Of a stretch of DNA of 64,000 nucleotides, positions 23,830-35,291 are shown in pieces. A program made the translations under genes and the position numbers. The first letter of the stretch is position 1. Each line of letters starts with the position of its first letter. This stretch comes from Octopus bimaculoides (lineage: Eukaryota): assembly GCF_001194135.2 (NCBI RefSeq), contig NC_068983.1, forward strand, positions 142,902,264-142,966,263, read 5' to 3'. A model generated the notes under the pieces. It worked only from the letters and a program-made list of their open reading frames with translations, was not told where the DNA came from and ran no database searches.

Positions 23830-24976
23830 AGATAGCAGTTTCCTCAAAGTAGTGATCCTCAGGTTCCACCACAGCCTCAAGACAGCTCTGGAACCTGGTG
23901 CATGTGTTCCATACTATGTCCCTGGGAAGATCTTCAACACCTCTATGGCCTTAATATTGCAGTATTGTATGCAGAGCAGTTGGTGTCTTTCTCAACTGTA
24001 GCCCCAATACATAATAATCCATGGGATTACAATTAAGGGAATTTGGAGGCTGAAAATTGGGGCTGGTAAAGTTGTGGAAATTCTCTGACAAACACAACTG
24101 ACACTTTCTGGAGGTATTTGCAAAGAGCCAAAACCTGCTGCCATACATATGGCCTTCCAGCAGCAACCCTCTCCAGCCAGAGTTTGACCACAGTCTCTAG
24201 CAGATTCACAGAACTGTCTGAATTGAGCCTAAGGCCCTATTGAAAGATGTGAGGCGGCATGACTTCATAAAGACTGGAGACACATGGAAAGACCATCACA
24301 GTTTGGGGGAACTTGCTTTTCATGATATGTGAGACATCATGTGAATTGTAGATAAGTCACCTGTTATTCTGGGTGTTGTGCAACTGACCTTGGCAGAAGT
24401 TATTTTCATCTGAGAAGAACCAGATCATCCTAGGCTCAACAGGATGCCTCAGCTTGTTTAGGAGCTTCTTTGCTTTCATCAATCAGTTCTCCTTGGCCTT
24501 GGCTGTCAGAATTTATCCCTTGTATGAGTGGTAGTGAGGGTCCTCATCCAGGGCCAGCTTCATGGTGGCAACTCCAATACCCATCTCTCTCACCAAAGCC
24601 TAGATTCCCTTACTTGGATCTTTCATGACCTTGTCCTGCAGTTGTTGAATGAATTCAGGCGTGCGTATGCAATCAGAACATCTGTTGTGTTCCTTCCTGT
24701 TGGCCAGGCTTTGTAGTCTCCATTGCAGTTGTACATGTCATGTCTTACAGCATTTACAGTGTTCTCTGAGCATTGAGCAACAGTTATGATGTTGACATTT
24801 TAATATCCAGCACAAATCTTCATGATACAGGTAATTATTTTCTAATATTCAGATTACTTCCAGCCTTCCATGTCAGCTAACTTTTTCTCAACTACAACTT
24901 TAGTCTTTATGCTCTTTAACACCTTTTCTGAATATAGGAGACATAAAGAATTGACAAATTTAGCCTGAACACCCTG
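23830..24976 (-). mobile_element. Decayed DD37D (maT-type) Tc1/mariner transposon
   Basis: TA-CAGGGTGTTCAGGCTAAATTT end at 24978-24956; PQTVMVF..VSS..VMPPHIF, GRPYVWQQ, SENFHNFTSPNFQPPNSLNCNPMDYYV. Other TIR not found. Confidence 0.85.
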
Positions 24977-26679
24977 TATTTTATCCAAATCTTTTTATAG
25001 TTTTTGTTGATTCTTGACATCTCAATTCATAGTTTATTCAGATTCTATTTTTTAACTGACAAAAAAAACTTTTTTTGTATAGTTGGTATAGATAGACATA
25101 AACTTTTAGTATAATTCACTTGAGAATTAGCAATCATAGGAGAAAATGAAATTTTCATTGGTTTAAAGAGGATTTTTCTTTCTGGGTTTGGATATTTTCT
25201 GCTCAAATTGTACTATTATAGTATATGCTAACAGAGATCTCTTTAATACATAATCTGTCTATTAAGTTTAATCTATCTCAATGTTTAATAATGTTTCCTA
25301 TATTCTTTCTTCTGTCACACACATCTTTACTCTTCCTGTCATCCTTATTTGTTTCACCTCCCCAGACCCTGTACTAAACACTCTTCTCAATACTTCTTCT
25401 CTAGACCCTTGGAAAGTGTTCTCCACCAATGTTTTTTCCTATAGACATTGACCAATGAATGTTCAAGTTGAACATCAACTGCACCAATTTCACCAGTCTG
25501 GAAGAACTTGCAAAGATCATGATTACTGTTGCACTAATTTCATCCAGTTATTGTTATGCTTTTGCACTGCACCCCTTTCTCTGACCCTCCACATACACAC
25601 AGAAAAACACAAGCACATTATTTAGTGTACAACTTAAAAGCAAAAAGTAGTTTATTGTTTGATTAAGCACAAAAGCTTGCACTGTCAGACTTAGAAATTA
25701 AATTTAAAACATTTCTCTTTATTGTGTCTGGATATTAATTTGTTAACTTGCTTTTAATATCTTGTGTAATGAAACAATACCATGACACCACCTTTAGATT
25801 AGTAAGCAGCTGAAGCTTTCAACCATAAATGTTTTCATCATTATCATCATCACTACAATGATAAATACGTACTTACTAGAAAACCTTCTGTAATATCATA
25901 AACTTGTTTACCACAAAAGTTTTTGTTAATATTTCTCATTGAGTGCATATACTTGGAAGTGAATTGTGATTTATTATCTCTTACTACAAGACAATTATTT
26001 GTTAATTTGTTAACATAAACTACTTCCCTTGTGTAATATTTTCTAGGAAATTTGAATTGTAAGAGATTCTTGAAGCAGATTGAAGATAAAATCTTTTCAA
26101 AAACATTTGCATTTATATACTTTCATTTCAGTCTCAGTTCAGTTCAATTATATCTAGGTTATATCACCAAAACCTTTAAGTTATCTTATTTTCCTACATC
26201 TTCATCTCTCTTGTTTTTTAAAATTTTATCGACTTCCTTTTCATCTGGGCAAGTAACATAAATGACACTTAAAGCAATTGTGTGGGTGTAAGCAATAAAT
26301 AATTATCATTTCATCTAAGAAATTACTCAGATATAGGGTGAGAGTTTACAATTCTTATCTAAATGTGATGAGAGAATTGCAAAAACTAAATCTAACCAGA
26401 TGTAGTTATTATTAGAATAAATCAGATATAACAGAATTGTGTAACATGAAACGGAAATCTTTAAAGCACTAACTCTTTTTGCTTTTTGTTTCCATTTTGT
26501 CGGTGATTGAATTTTTTGAACTGTCATCTAAATTTTTAAATAAGACTTGATATTTTTTTTGAAATGTTTCTTTTTTTATTTATTGGCCATATCCATAGAT
26601 AGTGCATATAGATCACAATGGTGGAGATAAATGATGTTTTGTTTGCTCTTATTGGGCATACCTTTAACACAGAGACTGT

Positions 26680-27560
26680 AAAATGCTCGAGAACAGTGCT
26701 TAGGTTCGGCACGGTAGGCTGACATGCTTCAGTTTGTTATGAGATTACAGTATATACTCCATGACTATAGCTGGTTGTGTGAGGTGAAGTGTGGCTGTCA
26801 GAGGATGTGTCTCTTTGATTGTACATTTTGTTCATATATATTTCAAGGCTTTGAGAGAAACCAAAGCAGAGGCTTGCTAAGTGGATATGATAAGTGTATA
26901 ACAGTATAACAGCTTTAATTTCATGAGATTTACTAGCATAGAGAATATACCTAATGAAGTAATTAAGGCCTCTCTAAACTAGTGAGATCAGTGTAGGTAA
27001 TGTCCAGTTTGACCATTTGAGGTTATTGCCTATATGGCAGTCAACATGGCAGAATCTATGTAAACTTACATTTGTAGACTGATATCTATTGGAAAAAATA
27101 TGTTAGAGGGATTCCAGAGGGCTGTAGTTCTGAGGAGGAATGATTTAGGCAAAATGTTTAGTACAATGTAAGTAGGAGTGCTCAGTAGTGATTATGAGAA
27201 GAGGAGGGAAATGAGCACAAGGGGGAATTAGTATGCATCTTACTAGTTTAGAGGAGAGTTGCAGAGGCCATTGTAGTAGTAGAAGAAGCAGTGCATTTGT
27301 TAGCCAGTGGTTGTAATCTGTTAGTCTGCAAATTGCTGCCAATCATCTGAAGAACCTTCTTTTGAATGAGGTCTAGAATGTTTGTGTAGATGCTGTAGTA
27401 TTACTTTTCTACATATTGGAACAACACTCTAATGGGGATCCTATACTTTGTAGAAGGTCAGGTTGTGATCAAGATAGAAGTGTTTTCTGACCCTACAGAA
27501 GAAGCCAAATCATTTCTGTGCTGTTTCATCAGTGTTAAATACATGAGAGATCATGAGAGA
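26680..27560 (-). mobile_element. Decayed CR1-like LINE 3' fragment
   Basis: Degenerate translation aligns to a CR1-type RT tail (..PLE.CS.., WLTN.L.., SKL..IL.P.AHFP, ..WNPSNIF..). Confidence 0.6.
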
Positions 27561-27720
27561 TTATAAGGGCTAGTATTTGAGGGATTTTAATTGTATGTTG
27601 TTCATACATAGGGAGTGTATGTTACAAGACTTGATGGGTTCATTTGGTCTGGTTACACTTGTAAAAATTAACACTTCCTTCTCCAAGCCTAGATTCGAAA
27701 CAGAATCTAAGAATCCTCGG

Positions 27721-27910
27721 GCGCGAAAGCAGGTTTTCTTTGTCCTGTCAAAAAGTGATTGATCATCTCCCTTTAACCTTCGACCTTATAGATGTCAGGC
27801 GAAGTTCAACTGGACAGCAACTGACCTACTTAGGTACTAAGCCTGCTGCAGCATGTCCATCCTTCTAGCTGCCACGATTCTTATAAATAGAGTGGTCAAC
27901 AAGACATCAG
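27721..27910 (+). promoter_or_regulatory. Candidate core promoter of gene B (TATA box, Inr, CpG retention)
   Basis: TATAAATA at 27882-27889; TCAG Inr-like element with A at 27909, 27 nt downstream; E2F-like GCGCGAAA at 27721; CpGs retained over 27690-28050 in CpG-poor surroundings. Confidence 0.55.
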
Positions 27911-28306
27911 GAGACAGACAGATGGAGACTGTGATGCGCGCAGACCGACCAAGTGCTCTGCTACTATCAGACAGAGATCTTTTGCCGTGCCACTCAAGAT
28001 GAAAGAACGAACAAACACACACACACACACGAACATATGTAGTCTTCGGATACATCAACTCCAGATGTATCCTGGTTCCATTTTTCTAGCAACTCGAAGC
28101 AAGTTGCCAAAATTGAATGTAGTGGCAAATAATATTTACTAACACCAGCAAATAAAAAAAATGTTATAGTTGAACCAGTTATCACTTTGTTATTTCACAG
28201 GCAAATACATGCCTATCACACCGACACGATAACAAAAACATACCACATTTTGATGACACCACTACACACTGTCTAAAGACAAAAGACTTCTGTGGTGTCA
28301 CAGTTA

Positions 28307-28379
28307 ATGACTGAGTTATTTCATCACAGATCTTTGATGTGTGTAGTAATTGTACTTTTATGCTATTGGAGGATACCAG
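28307..28379 (+). CDS. Gene B first coding exon (signal peptide)
   Basis: MTELFHHRSLMCVVIVLLCYWRIP(G); donor CAG|GTGGTC; a 78-nt intron leads in frame to the next exon. Confidence 0.6.
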
Positions 28380-28457
28380 GTGGTCATGTTTCTTTTGAAA
28401 GTTGTTTTCATAATATTTATTCATGAAGTTTGTTCAGGTCTTATATAAAATTTCTAG

Positions 28458-28481
28458 GTTGCATGTATATGATGCAGAATG
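28458..28481 (+). CDS. Gene B 24-nt micro-exon
   Basis: TTTCTAG acceptor, G|GTAAGT donor, phase 1 to 1, (G)CMYMMQN(G). Confidence 0.55.
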
Positions 28482-29164
28482 GTAAGTGCGAGTGAAGGGT
28501 GATTTGCTTAAATCACATATAATAGTAATTTCATAAACATATAATAGTAATTTCACAACAATGCAAATGTGATGAAGGTTGTGGTCACAAACCGGTTGTC
28601 ACCTTTAAATTTTTTTAAGTCCTAAATTTAAGGACTTTGTGCCTTAATGGTTCTATATTAATTTTCATTGCTTAGAAACAATAAAATGTCTACAGATGAT
28701 CTAAACGTATGAATACTGGATTGGTAACACAACTCTTTATCTACTCAAGTATTTCATCCCATTAAATTTACTATAAAAGGGAGATCTACACTGAAAAGGA
28801 TATTTGTGATATATTTTTTTCCAATTATATTTATTGAGCATGAAATTCTTGTTATATACATTAAACCTATTAAACATTTTTCCAGTTCTCCTAAAACTAT
28901 TAAACATTTCTCCAGTTTTGCTAAATACTGGATATAAAGTTTAGTAATCACTAAGATGGAGCAGACAATCCTTCTCATAGAAATTCTAGCCTCATGATTC
29001 TTCTCATATGACAAGTATCAAGCAGATTAGATTACATTCAGCTGCATTTTAACCAATTTTTGTTTATTCAAGGCAAGTTATGTACAGAAATGAAGCTTGT
29101 GGCAGGTCAATCAGTGAATTTGTTTCAGTTTCTTCTCAGTTCAATTTAATTATATTGTTAATGA

Positions 29165-29250
29165 GTGGAGGCACAATGATCCAGTGGTTAGGGCAGCAGA
29201 CTCACAGTTGTAGGATCATGGTTTTGATTCCCAGACCAGGCATTGTGAGT
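29165..29250 (+). mobile_element. SINE tRNA-like head fragment
   Basis: Same head as 30698-30610 (GTGGTTAGGGCAGCAGACT..CCAGACCAGGCATTGTG). Confidence 0.7.
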
Positions 29251-29382
29251 GTTTATATATTGAAGTTAATTCAGTCTATTATACCTTTTTACTACAAAAA
29301 TATCACTTTGTGTCTAATGAAAAGAAACTGTTTATTAATCAGAAACCAAATTATTGTAGAAAATTAATAAATCTGTCATATA

Positions 29383-29837
29383 CAAGTAAATACCCAAAAA
29401 TAACTGGAAATGTTCTCTGTGGGACAAGCCCATTGTAGTTCAGGCTTCTTCCACTAGAAGCCACTTGATACGGCCCTTAGGCATTAGCCTGCTAACTGGT
29501 GGTGTCTTCTGTAGTTATACTGCCCCCTTGTTCATCAATTTTTGCAATGGCTAAAATGAAGGAACAGCATGCCTCTATAAAATTCTGTTTTCTGCTGGGG
29601 AAAATTTCTGGTGGCTGAAACAGTTGTCATGCTTCAAGCAGCTTACAAAGACACTGCCATGAGCAAAACACAAGTTTATGAGTGGTTTTCACACTTTAAG
29701 AATGGTTACTTGTCGCTTGAAGCCCAATGCATTGCTTTAAATGGAGAATATTTTGAAGGCAATTAAAGTGTGAACATGTAAAACTAAGTGAATAAAATAA
29801 CATTGCAAAATTCCGGTTTCTTTTGGGTACACCCTTG
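29383..29837 (+). mobile_element. Internally deleted mariner element (MITE-like)
   Basis: TA duplications at 29381 and 29838; 27-bp imperfect TIRs (CAAGTAAATACCCAAAAATAACTGGAA vs CAAGGGTGTACCCAAAAGAAACCGGAA); transposase N-terminus MAKMKEQHASIKFCFLLGK..SKTQVYEWFSHFKNG joined to C-terminus CIALNGEYFEGN*. Confidence 0.88.
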
Positions 29838-30119
29838 TATCTGGGCACCCTTGTATCTGGGCATTGCATAAAAATGTCTCTCCATAATGATTGCATAAAT
29901 TTTAATTAAAATGAATTTTTTCTTAAATTTAGACATTTTAAATATGTGTTTCATTAGTTGATTGTTTCAGTTGAAAACAGTTTAAAACAAAATTGTTATT
30001 TGAAGAAAATGATGTTATTTTAATAAAGAGACACATTAAATTTTGATACCTTTCTGATATAGGTCTCTGTGAAACCAATGTGTAAAATTCTAAGACACAT
30101 GAAAGCATTTTTTAGAAGA

Positions 30120-30255
30120 TATGTCTGTGTGGTTAAGAACCTCACTTCACAACCATGTGATTTTGGGCTCAGTCCTTTTGTGTGAGCAAGTGTCTTATGC
30201 TATGGCCTCGACTGACCAATGCCTTGTGAGTGAATTTGGTTGATGGAAGCTTTTG
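30120..30255 (+). mobile_element. tRNA-derived SINE fragment
   Basis: GTGTGGTTAAGA..GGCTCAGTCC..GAGCAAGTGTCTT..GCCTTGTGAGTGAATTTGG. Confidence 0.65.
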
Positions 30256-30383
30256 ATGTTTGATCTTCAGCTTTAACTTCAACTGCATTGACATCACCCA
30301 CCTACGAGAGCCTAGAAAAGAAATAGGTACTCTAACTAGCTTTAAAAATATTCCTTTTGAAGTGAACTTTAGATGTCAGCCTT

Positions 30384-30698
30384 TTTATTATTTATGCGCC
30401 CTTTCAAAGCCTAGCCAGGCTCATGGGCCCGGTTTCCTGGTTTCTATGGCGTATGTGTTCCCCTCCAACTGGACGGGACGCTAGTCCATCACAGCATTAC
30501 TCAAGAAACAGGAAGAAAGAGTGAGAGAAAGTTGGGGTGAAAGAGTACAGTAGGGGTTGCCACCACCCCCTGCCAGAATCTCGTGAAGCTTTAGGTGTTT
30601 TCGCTCAATAAACAGACACAATGCCTGGTCTGGAAATTGAAACCTTGATCCTCCAACAGCAAGTCTGCTGCCCTAACCACTAGGCCACTGCACCTCCA
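30384..30698 (-). mobile_element. Complete tRNA-derived SINE (V-domain-like core) with 14-bp TSD
   Basis: TSD TAGATGTCAGCCTT at 30370-30383 and 30699-30712; tRNA-like head and GATGGACTAGCGTCCCGTCCAG core. Confidence 0.85.
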
Positions 30699-32359
30699 TA
30701 GATGTCAGCCTTATGGAATCAATAAAAGAATTTTTATATATTTGTGTCAAGTGAGTTGATTCAGTAAAAGAGTTTCTTTCATATTGAGAAATTATTTTTC
30801 AAAATGATGAAAATGATTTTGATATAGGAAGAGATAAAAATCAAAAGTAACAGATATCCAAAATGAAAACTACTATGACAAAAACAGCAACACTGTCAAT
30901 AATGATTAATTTAATTTGATAATTGTACTCTATTATTTATTTTTAGAGTTTAATTTATCATCAAACCACCTAATCCATTCTTCTACCCACCTCGTAGCTT
31001 CCTCTCCAACTTTTTACTACTCAGCTGCAATCTTAAATTCTACTTGACCATATTATATTTGATTTTCTTTAATTGTGGCAGCTAATGGAACTTAGTAAAA
31101 AAGTTTTTCTGAATGTGAGAAAATTCTCACCTGCCATTTCCAGTCTTAATATTATTGACTCTTTTGTTAGAAATGGAACCTTTTTTTTCTATCAACTATC
31201 AGCGATATCTCCTTCATTCTCCTTTCCCTCCTGACCACTATTATTGCTGTATTTTGTCATCAGGATCTGAAGCATGTTTAGGGTGAATAGTTTATTCACT
31301 ATGACAAGAGAAAACAATGAGCTGCTGCTGTATCAGCATTCAAACTTATTTTGTGGCCTGGTTAAATTGCTGGGGTTTTCTCAATTGAAATGCAAGCTAT
31401 ACATCTTTTATGAGCTTGAATTAGATGAGACAAAAATATAATATATTTACTTCTCAGAGTGGCAATATCTTTCCAGCTGTTCTTTTGTCTTGAAGTCCTG
31501 GTAGCCATTATAATAAAAAGGTCAATATTGTTAAAAATAATTGAATAATTGACAAGTAACCAGGTGATCATCTCTTATTATGCTCAAAGGGTTTCATTTA
31601 ATAATTATTTAAGCAATTAGTACTTGCCATTTCATTAAAGATACTTCAAATAAACTTTGACATTTCTGTCAATGCAGGCTATATCAATAGTTTCCTCAGA
31701 CTAATTTTTTTCCTCTTCATGAAATACACTGACTGAAATTGTTTCCAAACAAGAACTTGTTAGCAACAATGACAGAAATTAATACAACCAGCCTGAAACT
31801 AATTTGAACTTAATAATTTAAAATAAACTATATACCAAATATGCATGTGTTACTTTGGGTGCAACAACACTCTGTGTGCATGTATATCCATTCCTGAGCA
31901 GATAGGAATATGCATGTGTATAAACATGGGAAATATGTCTGAAGAAATGTTTTTATCTGTGGAAGGAAATGATGACAATATTACTGTTGATTATGACAGG
32001 GCAATATGAAGGCATATCACTCAGTGGTTAGAGTGTTGGGTTCACAATCATGAGGTAGTGAGTTTCATTCCTGGACTGGGCTGTTTTTTGTGTTCTTGTA
32101 ATTAACTTGCCTCTCTCTCTCAGAATTGTTGACCTTGTGCCAAAATTTGAAATCAATATTACATATGTAATATCTATTCAACTCATTTTATTCAGCCTCT
32201 ACATAGCTTCGTCATTCAATGCTTGTGTCTCACTATAATGCAATATCAAACATGCTTGGTGAAGTTTGTCTCAGTGGCAAGTGTAGAGAAACCATTGGTT
32301 TTTGCTTAAAGGTGGTTATCACAAATACATTCATGATAGCCACCTCATATAATCAAAAC

Positions 32360-33590
32360 AATTTAACATCCATTTTCCATACTGACATGGATTGATTGGT
32401 TTGACAGGATCCGATGTGCTGGAGGACCATGTTGTGCTCCAGTGTCTGTTTTGGCATGGTTTCTGCAGCTGGACGCCCTTCCTGATGTCATCCACTTTAC
32501 AAACTATACAGGGTGCTTTTTCTTAGCACCAGCATTGGGTGGGGGTCCTTGCAGTTTGTAGGGGCCCTTATAACTGAAAGCGAAGTGAAGAGAGGTTGCT
32601 GTAATTCTTGGTGGAGTGATGAGAGAGAAGGAAGTATCATGAGAGTAATAGATTTATAGTTGTGAGAGGATGGTACTGGAGGTGGACTGTAGAAGGGACA
32701 GGCAAAAGGGAAAGGATTAATGTCAAGGGTTAGTGATAAAGTGGGGAACTGAGAGGCAAGATTGATGAGGGGGATTGTGGAGGGGATCCATGGCTTTACC
32801 ACATTATAAGGATGAGTATGGATGGAAGATGTGAGGAGAAGGGAACATGGAGAAAAATAGATAAGAGTGGTGAGGATTTAGAGTAGCCACTGAAATAAAG
32901 AGAGATGATGAAATCATAGGGGTAGGCCAAAGAGGGAGAAGTGGGAGGGTGTGGAGGAGGTAGAGAAGTTGTGGGGGAAGGACAGTGAGAGAAAACAAGG
33001 CTGAGGGAGCAGTGGATGAGTGCAGTGACAGTAGTGAAAGAAAGAATGGCTGAAGGGTACAATAGAAGTAGGGGGAAGAACAGAGCATGAATGCAGAGAA
33101 AGTATTACAAGTGAGGAGGCTGTGGAGAGAGCAAGTTAAGAAAAAAGGCAGTGGGAGCAGAAAAGACTAGAGAGCAGCCTAGACATAGGGAGAGTAAAGG
33201 GTGAATGCAATGAGAGCGAGATTGGAAGGTGGGGGTGCAGTGAGAGAATGAAAAACTAGAGGGCATCAAAGAGGTGGGGTGGAATAGAGGAAGAAAGTAG
33301 TGAAATCATCCTTTGTGGGGAGTCTGAAAAGATAGGCAAGGAAAAGCAGAGAACAAACGCAATGAAAGCATCCCATGTAGGGAGACTGAAGGTAGTGGAC
33401 GTGGAGAGACAGAGATGTGCATGAATGCAGCAAAAGCCATCAACACTCCCCTTGTTAGCATTCTTTGTGCTACGCTTGTTTGAGAGTGAGTTTCCTCCAG
33501 TACAGCATGTCACCAAACAATGAGTTCCTACCTGCTCTCTTTGTAAATATTTATTAAGGCTTTTCCTCTTTTTGTACTCTTTGTTCATTC
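32360..33590 (-). mobile_element. Unclassified retroposon with RTE-type tail and ~0.8-kb CT-rich body
   Basis: Tail motif CAGCTGGACGCCCTTCC at 32468; strongly purine-biased plus strand over 32560-33350. Confidence 0.5.
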
Positions 33591-33975
33591 ATTTAACATC
33601 TGTTTTCCATGAGGTTAGATAGGGAGTTATTTGAGACTGGATTTTAAGGTGAGATACTCATCCTATTGTCAAGCCTTGCCTGCTTTTCAAGTAATGGACT
33701 TTTGTTGTTGTAGAAAGTGCAGAGTGATCAGTCTCAGTGTCAACAAGGAATGTTGATAGTCAAACATTTGTGCACACTACACATGCACACACATGTACAT
33801 GCACATGTGAGCATGTACACATACATGCATGCACACACACTGGTTTCTTGCAGTTTCTGTCCACTAAATTCACTCGCAAGGTTTTCATTGTTCAAGATAC
33901 ATGTTGGAACCAAACCTGAAATCACATGGTTGTGCAGTGAACTTCTTTACCATTCAGCCATGTCTGTGCCTATCA
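33590..33975 (-). mobile_element. tRNA-derived SINE, degenerate
   Basis: CAGTTTCTGTCCACTAAATTCACTCGCAAGG..ACCACATGG-type segments; related copies near 38560-38750, 50000-50300 and 58060-58280. Confidence 0.6.
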
Positions 33976-35268
33976 TATCATAAACAACATTTAGGATTGT
34001 TATGTGACTAATTAGCATTGTTTTTATTTTATTTTATTTGTTTATACATATAATTGGAGTTACATAGTGAAACCTGAACTCTTTGACTAGCTGAATCAAT
34101 CAGCCTATCATTCAAAGGGTCAATGGTTCATATTCCATCACTGGCTTTAGACTAACCATGCAAAATATATTTAAATCACAATGACTATTATTAAACACTA
34201 AATATGCAGCACTGGAGATACAGCTAACCCCTATAACCAACAAAGGAGTTGCACAGTTGATGGATATTACTGTCCTATCAAAGGAGAAATGTATTTCTGA
34301 TTTACTAAAAACTTAAGAACACAATCGATGGATTGTTAAGATTCATATCAAGATTAACTCCACTTGTCAAAAGACCAGTATTGATTGCATGCCCATTTAT
34401 GATTTATTAAAATCACATAATCTAATTAAGATAAAACATATAAATAAAACAAAAGTACAAAATTTCAAACCTGATTTCATAAATCTGGGACAGGTACCTT
34501 ATCACTTTTTTTTATCACAAGTTTTTATTTAAAAGAAATTTTTTTTACACATATAAACAATATTAAAAGGCTTTAAAAATTGTTTATTGATTTCAAAAAA
34601 AGGTGTTTTAAAATCTGTTAAGTTATATTGAAATACAAATTGGCAACACTAAATTGATTCTCTATAAAGTAACAAATATGAAAGAACACTATCTTCATTT
34701 TGTTTGGTTACCTTTTGTGAAGCGATCACTTAAGATAATTATTAGGTATAAAGCCAGCAACTTTACAAAAGAAATCCTTTTTCATAAAAAGAGCATTGAT
34801 GGTATTTTAGGTTTTAGTGGAATATATGATTACTAGCAAAGTAGTAGTTGCTCACATCAATATATGTATAAATTGTCGAACGTTTTATCAAAATACTTAA
34901 TAAATTAAAGGCTATAGAGAAATAATACTGTCAAATATATTGAAATTTTAAGCTTTTATATTAAAATCAATATGAACATGATTTTATAAATTTCACTTAA
35001 TAGCAAAAAAATAATAAATTGTTGAATATTAAATTATTACATTTATGATATTTTGTATAATTTTTTTTAATAACTAGAGTAACAAAGACAAGTATTATTA
35101 TGTTAAGTTGGAGTTGGTAGATTTAAATGATATTAACATTATAATTACCAGGTTGAGATATAAAAACAACAACTGGGACGTGAACTGCATTTCTTTTGCT
35201 TGTCAAGTGATAAATGACATTATCAGTTTATATAAAAAGGTGGCTGTTATTTTCTTTCTTTCAATTAG

Positions 35269-35291
35269 GTATTATAACCATGGAACTATTT
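35269..35291 (+). CDS. Gene B 23-nt micro-exon
   Basis: TTTTCTTTCTTTCAATTAG acceptor, GTAAGT donor, phase 1 to 0, (G)IITMELF. Confidence 0.5.

Noticed and set aside
29610-29635. GCTGAAACAGTTGTC resembling a hammerhead 3' half
   Set aside because: It is mariner coding sequence (AETVVM) with no CTGANGA partner.
30272-30327. Possible exon (FNFNCIDITHLREPRKEI or ALTSTALTSPTYESLEKK*)
   Set aside because: Sits between two SINEs and its phases do not fit the gene B chain.
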